The notes below the pieces were generated by a model. That model worked only from the letters and a program-made list of their open reading frames with translations. It was not told the DNA's origin and searched no databases. A stretch of 64,000 nucleotides of DNA, taken from Felis catus (taxonomy: Eukaryota). Each line of letters begins with the position of its first letter. Within the stretch, counting starts at the first letter, position 1. The stretch is from the NCBI RefSeq assembly GCF_018350175.1, contig NC_058381.1, positions 2,046,001 to 2,110,000 of the forward strand, given 5' to 3'. Positions 24,314 to 34,452 of this stretch are shown here, piece by piece. A program made the position numbers and the translations under genes.

Positions 24314-25163
24314 CTCGGACAAATTATGTAACCTATCTGTGCAGCGGCTCCCTCGTCCGTAAAACACAACCACGGTAAAGTAGCACCTAGTTCAGAGCAG
24401 AAAACATGATGATGATGGTAATACCTTGTTATTATCGGCACAACTTCTCAGGTTGTCGTGGGGATTTGTAAAGCATTTGGAACAATTCCTAGCAGGAAGG
24501 AAGCTCTGTTTAAGGGTTTGTCTAAACAAACACATGGGGGAAAGCTGTGGATCCCCGAGTGTTTGCTTAGGTCTTTAAGAAAATTCTATCCCACTTCACC
24601 GGGGCTAGTGAACCCAAGGAGAGTGTTGTGTGCGGCCTCAGGCCACAGCCATGAGAGGAACCATGTGCACTTGGGCCCCCAGGATGGAGGCAGAGTGAGA
24701 GGGGCCCCAAGGAAAAGGGGAAACTCGGACTAGAGAGTTCGTGCTCAGTTTTTGTGTTCTGCCCGTTCGGACTAACCCATGGAGTTTCTAGCTTGGCTTT
24801 ATTGAGGAGGCTGTCTTCCTAAGTCCTCCCGAATGTGATTATCCATTTTGGCACTGACCTTGCTGGAGAAGGCCATCAAGAGGACCTGACGGGCAAGGGA
24901 CCCTGGAGCTTGACCCCAGCAATCAGAGCCTCCTTACCCACTCTCCTGTCCTTGGAGCACACATTCTGCCATTTTCAAGGATGTGGCCTTGAGAGAGCAA
25001 TGTGTCGTTGAGACCATCTGGCCTGGACACATGAGTGAACCCTGTTAAGGCTTCTGTGTAAACGTTTAAGAGTCTGGTGGGCAAGTGCTGAGAACTACTC
25101 ATCTTGCTGCTGCCCAAGACCAGCCTTGCATAGGAGTTTTCCCTGCTTATTAAAACTCTCATC

Positions 25164-25380
25164 GGGGCGCCTGGGTGGCTCAGTCGGTTAAGCGTCCGAC
25201 TTCGGCTCAGGTCATGATCTCATGGTCCGTGGGTTCGAGCCCCGCATCGAGCTCTGTGCTGACAGCTCGGAGCCTGGAGCCTGTTTCAGATTCTGTGTCT
25301 CCCTCTCTCTCTGCCCCTCCCCGGTTCATGCTCTGTCTCTCTCTGTCTCAAAAATAAAAAAAATAAACGTTAAAAAAATT
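25164..25380 (+). mobile_element. Can-SINE
   Basis: Full-length body and tail. Confidence 0.9.
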
Positions 25381-26980
25381 CTCATAAAAAAACCTGTCAT
25401 CTAACAACCTGGGGTGGCCACCTCTTTCTTTGGTCTCTCCCTGTCCTCCGTGTCCAGGAGCCAGTTTCAGATCTCACCTGGGGAGCTCCCGAAGTTGCCA
25501 ACCAACCGACCTCCGGGGCTCAAGCAGCCTTCGGCCCTGCCGCCCTGTCCTACACCATACATCCACCCGTTATCCCACACCCCTGCCCCAGTCGGGGCTC
25601 TCTCCCTTTCACGTTTGTCTTTGTCTCCAGCTATGGGTCCAACTTCCCCGTGATGTCACCGGGTATTGGGGATGGTGATGAGAAGTGGCCGTACCCGGAG
25701 ATCCCAGCGGATGGCAGTTCTTGGTAATATGAGCCCCAGAAGGAAAGGAAGATTGTGTTGCTTAGGATCACAGACCCTTCGGGAAAGCATAAGACGCGTG
25801 CTCGTTGGCTGCGAGTAGCAAAAACTTGGCTTAGACAATAAGAAAGTATATTCTCTCGCGTATCGATGAAACTGGAGGTAGGAATACCCAGGGCTAGCGC
25901 ATCAGCAGCACGACATCACCAGGGCATCATGTTCTCCCTGTGTTCTCATTCTGTTGCCCTCCGTGTTTTAGCCTTTTCCTTTCACCGTTACAGCATGGTA
26001 TCCAGGCGTAACATCTCTCCCGATGTGTCCCGCTTATCAGTAAGGACATCTTTTCCTCCGGCCCCAGAAGTGGCCAGATTGGTATCCCATGATTAAACCA
26101 GTCGCTGACAAGGCGGATGGGACCACCTTGATTAACTACCTCTGGGGCTGGGCTGGAAGGTTACGATCTCACAGTTGGTAACCTGAGCTGAAGTCGGACG
26201 CTGGAACAGGGTGGATCCCTACACACCATTCGGGGTCAGGTAGGAAGAAAGAAAAGTTAGATTGTCGTTGTGTAGGAAGCCAAGCGTATCGTTGGAGCCA
26301 TTTATGAATGCCAACTCGGGAAGGCTGAAAAACCCAAGATTATTCTAGAGGGCCGGCCTCTGCTGGGGGGGTTCCTTGGTTACTATTGATGTGATTTGTC
26401 CCCTCTGATTTTTACCACAAGCTCCGCCGTCCTCCACCACACATACACACAACGGGAAGAAACACCTAGACTCTGGGTAAAGGACCTCACATAATGTCCG
26501 GCAGGAAATGGACACCAATACAGCAACAATAAATAAATGCATAGGTCCCTTCCCCCAGTGCAGATGACCACACCCACATCCTAACTGGTCTCCCTGCCTC
26601 CAGCTGGCCCGGGCAATCCAGTCTCCTCACAGCCCGCAGAGTGATTTGTTTCAAAATTCAAATCTTATCTGCCTCCAAAGGCTCTCCACTGCCCTCAGGA
26701 CAAGGGCCAGATTCCTTAGGCAGGAGCGCAAGTCCCTTTATCATTTCAATCCATCCTGAAAACCTTGTGAGTTCTCTTATCCTCAGCTTCGGCATGGTGA
26801 CACAGGCACAGAAATCATAAAACACAAAGATAACGAGGCATCAGAAGTAAGAGTCAGCAGAAATAGCAAACATCAGAATTTGACCTGTGTATTTACATGT
26901 TAGAATTATTGGGAAAATACAAAATAACTAAATCTAATATGTTTAAATAAAGAGAAGATAATTTTAAAATATGAATGAGA

Positions 26981-27235
26981 AGGGGCACCTGGGTGGCCCG
27001 ATCGGTTAAGTGTCCGACTTCGGCTCAGGTCATGATCTCCCGGTTCGGTTCTCGAGTGCGAGCCCCGCGTCGGGCTCTGTGCGGACAGCTCGGAGCCCGG
27101 AGCCTGCTTGGGGTTCCGTGTCTCCCTCTCTCTCTGCCCCTCCCCCGCGCGTGCTCCGTCTTTTTCTGTCTCTCAAAAACAAATAAACAAACAAAAAAAA
27201 TATTTTAAGAAATATGAACAAGAAAAAAAAAAAAC
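26981..27235 (+). mobile_element. Can-SINE
   Basis: Full-length body and tail. Confidence 0.88.
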
Positions 27236-29249
27236 TATCAAAATTATTAGAACGATTTCCAGCAGAGAGGGTCCACAGCTGCTGCCACGGTTTTGGGCAC
27301 AGTAGTGAGGTTGGGACCTGAGCTGGTCCACTGCAACCGTGCTGGGGCTGGTGGGGTTCCATGTGGCAACAGTGTCTCAGCATGTTGGTGTAGCGATGGC
27401 CGTGGTGGATGGCTTCCCCTGAAAGGAGTAGACTAGAGGGGTGGAGTGCCCTCGGGTTCCAAACAGAAGATCAGGAGTTTGACTCGTTGCCTACTTCACT
27501 GTGATTCACAACATGCACAATTTGGACAGGACAATGTTGATTCGAGCAGTTTCCAGGGCCAGGTAAGGTAATGGGGGTAATTCTCAAGCAGAAAGAGCCA
27601 CAAGGCAGGTGACCCAATCCTTCTTTGACTTTAAGAAGAGAAGATCTCCCGGTTTAAGAGAGGAGACATCCTGAGAATCTAGAAAAACCTGAAAAGCAGT
27701 GGTTGGATGAGGACAGCAGTGGCTGGAAGGGTTAACCCCAGTCCCTACAGTTGAGAATAGACCTGCCTGCATCTCGGGACTGGCTGTGACTGGTGGTCAG
27801 GGAACTGGTAAAGATCTCAGGATCCTCCCCACCCGCCCTCGCCAAGGGGCGGATGGAACGAAACAAGGTAACTTCCCATCCCATCCTGTCCCACTGCTGG
27901 ATGGACAGAATCCCAAAGGGCTTCAGCAGAGCACAGCTAGACAAACGTCTTGCGGACAGAGGGAACGATCTTTTTTATTTTAAAAATTTTTTTGCAACCG
28001 CCATGTGTAGGATTTCTTACAGACGTCAAGGGCAGTCGGCTCGTACACATTCTGTTTCTATGACTTTCTGGGACAGAAGGACTCCATTCCTAGGGGCGTG
28101 GTCAGGGTATGAAACCAGAGGGTTCACGCATTAACTTCTGAAGTAGCTAATTTTAGGCAGTATTGGCTACGCCTGGGTGGATTGGCATTTTGTCCCCTAT
28201 TCTCGGGCGGTGCAAATCAACCTGTAGGAAACGGACGGAGTTAGGAGGGCGGGGCACGGCTTAGCCTCGTTTATCTAATGATTTTCCGCTCTCGCTCTGA
28301 AACCATTCCGTCGAATGACAACAGACGGTGTCCATCCACCCCTGCGAAGCAATCACGCACCCTGTGAATGACACGCAGCCGGATCGCTTTTCCATTTGTA
28401 AAACCTGACCGGTTATGGCTCACGCTGGCATTTCAAATCCTAGTCATGCTCAGGGCACTGCTTAGAGGCACTTGTCTTCCTTTGTAGCCAGTGATGCGTG
28501 CATTGCTCTCCAGATCCTGTTCGGACTCTTGTCCTTCTTTTCCTCAAAGCTCCAGGTGAGGCAACTCTGGGTGCAACGTGTATTTCACGCCACATGAGAC
28601 GCCGGCTGTGCAGGGCACCTCGCTCCGCGCATGGCATGCAGCTCGTACTGGAAGCACCAAACACCCAGCTCTCTGCCTTCCCCCGAGGGCTCAGGTAGCT
28701 GGCTCGCCCTGCTACAGCAGCTAAGTACACGCCTGACCCTTGGCTTTCCCTCCACAGTCGTGAGCCACCCGTCACTACCGCAAACATCTTGTCCTCCCCC
28801 AAGGAACTACCCCGAGCAGCCGGGAAACCAGCGGAGCTCCCCTCCTGGAAGGAAAACTCATTCGCAGAAGCCCCAGCCGGTTTCCGGATCCTCACGTTTC
28901 ATTGGCCAGGACGGAGTCACATGTCCACCCCTAAAGCCAATCGGAGGCAATAGAGAGTAGGCGTGCCCTAACGGGCTGCAGCCAATCCTAATCCAGCGCT
29001 TCGTGGAGGAGGGAGGCGGGGCTAACCCTGGACGGGCCGCTGCCCCAGACCTGCAGCCCCGAGCGGGGCGGGGGGAAGAGCGGCCGGGGACCCCAGAGAA
29101 TGATGGTCTGCAGTGAGAAAGAGGGGTGAAGCGGATGGCAGGGAGGGGAAAGAGACCCTCGGGGCTCCAGCTCCCCTTTCCAGTCCGTCCCAGGGCTTCA
29201 GCCCCTCCCCAGCCCTGGGCTAGCCTGTTGGCTTACCCAAGAACCCCCC

Positions 29250-29620
29250 CAAACGACAGAAGTGGATGGTCTCACGGTTGTGGAGGCCGAAGCCTGAAAT
29301 CCAGGTGTCAGAGCGCTCCCTCTGAAGCCTGGCGGCGAGGAGCCTTCCTCCCCAATTCCCAGCTGCCAGTGGTTGGTGGGCAGTCCTTGACCTGCCACCT
29401 GGGTGGCCACGTGGCTTTCTCCCCTGGGTGTCTGGGCCTCTCCTCTCCGGATGTGGACAGCGGGCATATTGGGTTAAAGACCCACCGTACCCTACTGTGA
29501 CCTCATCTAAACTGCTTACATCCGCAGCCATTCTATTTCCAAAGAAGGTCACAGGCACAGGTCCCGGTGTTAGGACTTCAACATCTCTTTTTGGGAGCAC
29601 CCAATTCGGCCCTTAAACAG
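29250..29620 (-). mobile_element. MaLR LTR remnant (MLT1-like)
   Basis: gtgacctcatctaaac..ctatttccaaagaaggtcaca..gttaggacttcaacatctcttttt resembles MLT1 as recalled. Confidence 0.65.
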
Positions 29621-30004
29621 GTTGTGTGAGACTCCCTTGTAGAACAAATGGTCTTTTTGCATTACCTAAACCCGGAGATTTTTCTGTAGTTTATAACCAA
29701 AGAGTCCTTCCAATACAGGATTCTGATAGGGGTTCAAACTGGTCCAAAGAAACAGGTGTCGCGCATCACCTCCTTACCTAAGCCTCCTTGTTTCCGGAAG
29801 CAACTCAGAGAAGCTTACATAATCACCAGAGGGCAGTTTTCTCTCTTTCGAACCAAAGTCCTTCTTCAGAAGAAGGTCTTGTGTAACTCTGAATACAGAG
29901 GGTTTGCTTGCAAAGTTAGAGAGCCAGCATGGGAAATTTCCAATGCCATTGGGTATTTGTACTTCCTCCTAGTCCCTGCCTGCTTTCTGGACATTGACTT
30001 TTTA

Positions 30005-30960
30005 AAAATCATTTAAGTGTGTTTGTTTGTTTTGGGAGAGACAGAGAGAGAGAAAGAGAATCCCAAGCAGGCTCTGCACTCTCAGCGTGGAGCCCAATGC
30101 AGAGCTCGAACCCACGAACCATGAGATCATGACCTGAGCTGAAATCAAGAGTCGGGTTTTATTTTGGGGGCGCCTGGGTGGCTCAGACGGTTCAGCGTCC
30201 AACTCTTGATTTGGGGCTCGGATCGTGATCCCAGGGTCGTGGGACTGAGCCCCAGGTTGGGCTCTGTGCTGACCATAGAGCCTGCTTGGGAGTCTCTCTC
30301 TCTCCCTCTGCCCCCCTCCCCTGCTCTCTTTCTAAAATAAATTTTTTAAAAATTAAGATTTTATTTTTAAGTAATCTCTACACCCAACGTGGGACTCGAA
30401 CTCACAACCCCAAGATCAAGAGTGGCACGTTCTTCTGAGCCAGCCAGGTGCCCCTGGACATGGATAGTCTTAATATTCAGAACCTACAACCAATTGTACA
30501 CCCTCATCTAACCAAGCCCCCTCCAAGGATTCTGACTTTTCAGAGCTGGGACAGCCTCCTCTTTGTGACTCTGGAAACACTGCCGCATCCCAATCAGGCT
30601 GTACTTGATTTTGCCTTTGCTGCGGGGGGCGGGGTGGGGGTGTGGGGTGACAGTTACAGCATGACCTTGACTCGCTCATTCCAAATTTGGAGGGCTTGTG
30701 AGAGCTAGTGAAATTTTCTAATTAGTATTTTTCCTTTTTTTTTTAAGTTTATTTCTTTTTGAGAGAGAGAGAGAGAGAGCATGCACTGTGAGCAGGGGAG
30801 GGGCAGAGGGAGAGGAAGAGAGAGAGAATCCCAAGCAGGCTCCATGCTGTCAGGGCAGAGCCCAAAGCGGGGCTCAATCTCAAGAACCGTGAGATCGTGA
30901 CCTGAGCCGAGATCAAGAGTCGAGCCCTCAACCGATTGACGCCCCCCCAGGTGCCCCCTC
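30005..30960. mobile_element. Cluster of four Can-SINEs, both orientations
   Basis: SINE heads and CT/GA tracts. Confidence 0.85.
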
Positions 30961-31452
30961 ACTAGTATTCTTCAATGTCCTATGTTTGTTGGTCTTTCTT
31001 AATTAAAAAAAAAAATATGCTTTATGCAGTTAGAAAATCCAAGTGGTGCAGAAAGACATTAACTGAAAAGAGGCACCCGGGTGGCTCAGTCCATTAAGCC
31101 TCAGACTCTTTTTTGCAATATATTTGCAATGTTATTGGTGTTGTTTTAATGTTCTGTGCGTTTGGCCGCCCTGGATCGCAGTATTTAGTGCCCACAGAAC
31201 CAGCTGGGTACCGATGCTCCTTATGTAACCTCTTCCACCCTGGGCGGTGCCCTCTGGACCCCATCACTTCCTGCTGTCCTCAGAGCACTTCCTACCAAGA
31301 CCCCTCTGGCTCCAGCCTGATGATTTTCAAGTGATGCGGGCAGGGAGGAGTGGAAGCGGGCTGCCTCCCCAGAGCTAAACTTGGCCCTTCCCATACCTTC
31401 CCTTTGACACCACCCTCTTTGACTTTAATTAATACTAATTGAAATCCTCCTG

Positions 31453-31685
31453 GAACACCTGGGTGGCTCAGTGGGTTAAGCGTCCGACTTCGGCTCAGGT
31501 CACGACCTCACAGTTCGCGTGTTCGAGCCCCGCGGCGGGCTCTGTGCCGACAGCTTGGAGCCTGCTTCGGATTCTGTGTCTCCCTCTCTCTCTGCCCCTC
31601 CCCTGCTCATGCTCTGTCTCTCTCCCTCTGAAAAAAAATGAAATAGGGTAAATAAACATTAAAAAAATATTTAAAAAATAAAGAA
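31453..31685 (+). mobile_element. Can-SINE
   Basis: Full-length body and tail. Confidence 0.88.
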
Positions 31686-31809
31686 ATCCTCCTATGTGCA
31701 GGCAGGTTTCTCGGCGGAGGGAATCTAGCAATCAATGGATCCTGCCCTCTCTTTTCGTGGGAATTCTTAGTGAGATGTTGGCTCTTTGTGGCTGAGATGG
31801 TGAGCTAGA

Positions 31810-32307
31810 TCGATCGCAAAAACAGCAATCTCCGCCCATCACGGTTATCTGTCCTCTCTACGATAGGATTTGCAGCTCCTTCAATCAAAAGCCCTATTTC
31901 CCACCTCCTTGAACGTGGGCTGCCTTGTGATCTACTTTGGCCAATAGCCTGAAACAGAAGTGATGCTTCGGTTCCAGAACTGAGAGTCCAGAGTTCTTGT
32001 ACTCTTCCGCTTACTCTCTTGAAACCAGCCCAAACACTGTGCCAAGAAGCCCAGACCAGCCTAACACAATCCAGGCATCCACGCTGTCCCAGCCCAGAGC
32101 CAACCAAATGTCAGACATGGGAGTGAGGCTATCCTAGACCAGCCAGCTCCCAGCCAACCCGCCAGCTGACCACAAATGCGTGGGCGACTCTGGCCAGACC
32201 AGAAACCATCCAGCTGACCTCTAGACTCACGAGCTATAATAAATGTTTATTGTTTTAAGCTACTGAGCATTGGGATGGATGTTACACAGCAATAGCTAAC
32301 CAATACA
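31810..32307 (+). mobile_element. MaLR LTR remnant (MLT1-like)
   Basis: 3' end aataaatgtttattgttttaagc..gttacacagcaatagctaaccaataca. Confidence 0.7.
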
Positions 32308-32524
32308 CCTGGGCATCTAAGCAACATTTCCCCAACTCTGGGCTCTTCAAAGAAATTAAATAATTGCCTTTTTTTTTTTATCACCCTAGGTTCATGCAGC
32401 TTTTAAGCAAGAGAAAAGAATTGAACTCAACTGTATGTAAAAAGGAAATGCTGTTTTACGATAACATAGGACTCTCCAAGGCCTCACCTAACTTTCTCCA
32501 TTTTGCTATTTTAAGATTGTTGAA

Positions 32525-32861
32525 GGGGCACCTGGGTGGCTCAGTCCGTTGAGCGTCCAACTTCAGCTCAGGTCATGATCTCACAGTCCGCGAGTTCAAG
32601 CCCCACTTTGGGCTCTGTGCTGACAGCTCAGAGCCTGGAGCCTGCTTCGGATTCTGTGTCTCACTCTCTCTCTGCCCCTTCCCGCTCTCTTTCTCAGAAA
32701 TAAACATCGAAAAGAAAAAAAAAAAAAGATTAGGGCACCTGGGTGGCTCAGTCGGTTAAGCATCCAACTTCGACTCAGATCATGATCCCACTGTCCCCAG
32801 GTTCGAGCCACACATCAGGCTCTGTGCTGACAGCTCAGAGCCTGGAGCCTGTTTCGGATTC

Positions 32862-32907
<46 letters not shown>

Positions 32908-32916
32908 CCACTGGTG

Positions 32917-32949
<33 letters not shown>

Positions 32950-32980
32950 AAAAATAAACAAGTTTTAACAATTAAAAAAG
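32525..32980 (+). mobile_element. Two tandem Can-SINEs, second with expanded (CT)n
   Basis: Heads at about 32525 and 32732. Confidence 0.88.
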
Positions 32981-33289
32981 AAAGTTTGCTGACAATCAGG
33001 CAATAAGAAATACATATGGCTTCACGAAACAATATACTGTGAAATTCTAGGATCGGCGAAACCAATCAATAGAGAAAAAAAGCAGATCATAAATATTAGC
33101 ACCTGGAGATAAAGGAAGCAGGCTCGGGGCGTAAGGAAACTTTGGGCTGACGGACATGCTCTGCACCTGGATGGCGTGGACGTTACTGAGGTATTTACAT
33201 GTTTCAGAAGTATCTCTACTCCTTAAGTGGGTGTGTTCTATCGTGTGAGGATTATATCTCGATAAGGCGGATTTTTAAGGTTTAACACA

Positions 33290-34095
33290 AAAACTTACGT
33301 CAGCAAAGCTGTGGAGAAAGAGGACCGTCGTGCCCTGTTGGTGGGAATGTGGGTCGGTGCAGGCCACCGTGGAAAATAGGATGACGGTTGCCCCAAAGAT
33401 TCAAAATAGAATGACCACGTGATCCGTCAGTGTCACCTCTGGGCATATACCCAAAGGAAATGAAAACAGAGTACGAAAGAGCCGCACCCCCATATTCACC
33501 GCGGCGTTCGTCACAATAACCAAGATATGGACACAGCCTGCCTGTTCGTCAACGGATGAACGGAGAGAGATGTGGTGTAGATAATACAACGGGAACCGTG
33601 TTCAGCCGTGAGAAGGAAGGGAAGCCTACCGTTCGCAACAATAGGGATAGACCCTGGGGGCGTTCCGCCAAAGTGAAATGAACCAGAGAAAAGGCGGGTA
33701 CCGCATGGTACCGTTTACGTGTGGAATCAAAAAACAAAACGAAAAGGTCAGATTCGTAGAAACAGAGAGTAGGCTGGTGGGGCTGGGGAGTGAGGTGGTT
33801 GGTAGGGAGAGGTTGGGTAAAGGGTACAAAGTTGTAGCTACGGGATGAGTAAGGTCTGAGGATCTCACGGTCGCTAGTCGTGAACACTATCCTATAATTG
33901 GGATTTACCGAGAGAGTAGGATTCGCATGTTCTCGCGTGCGCCCGCGCACACACACACGCGCGCGCGATGGATCCACGAGGGGATTAACCACACGGGGGA
34001 CCCTTTCACAGTGTATACCAATATCAAATCGCAATGATGCACACCTCAAACACCTTGCAGTTTGGTGGGTCGATTATACCTCAGTAAAGCTGAGA
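33290..34095 (+). mobile_element. Old L1 3' end (L1MA/MB-like)
   Basis: ORF2 end and 3'UTR motifs: tgttggtgggaatgt, ctgggcatatacccaaaggaaatgaaaaca, tgtggaatc, terminal tacctcagtaaagct. Confidence 0.8.
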
Positions 34096-34298
34096 TTAAA
34101 ACCAACAAACACCTGAAGGAAGTCTAGATGGTCTTTTGAACACCAAGGAGGGTAACATTCAAAATGGTGGCAGTGACCCAAACTCCCAGGGCTCAGTCCT
34201 GTCCCACGGGGTCCTATCAGGGGTCTCAGGGGAAGGCCCCCTCCCACTCCCTGCAGCTTGGTGGCCGGGTGGCCCGCGGGCAGCACTCGGCCACCGCG

Positions 34299-34452
34299 CT
34301 AGCCGGCCACGCCCAGGTGGGCCTCGCACACCCAGCGGTAGGGTCTTTGGCAGACATCGTCGTTCCAGCCGTCGGGGTAGAAGTGGGCACAGTCCTCGCC
34401 CCCGCCCAGCCCGTGCCCGTGCCAGTCGTCCGGCTGGCCCGGCCTCCAGTTC
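34299..34452 (-). CDS. CLEC10A: CLEC10A CRD exon 3 (last)
   Basis: [46 protein letters not shown]. Confidence 0.95.
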
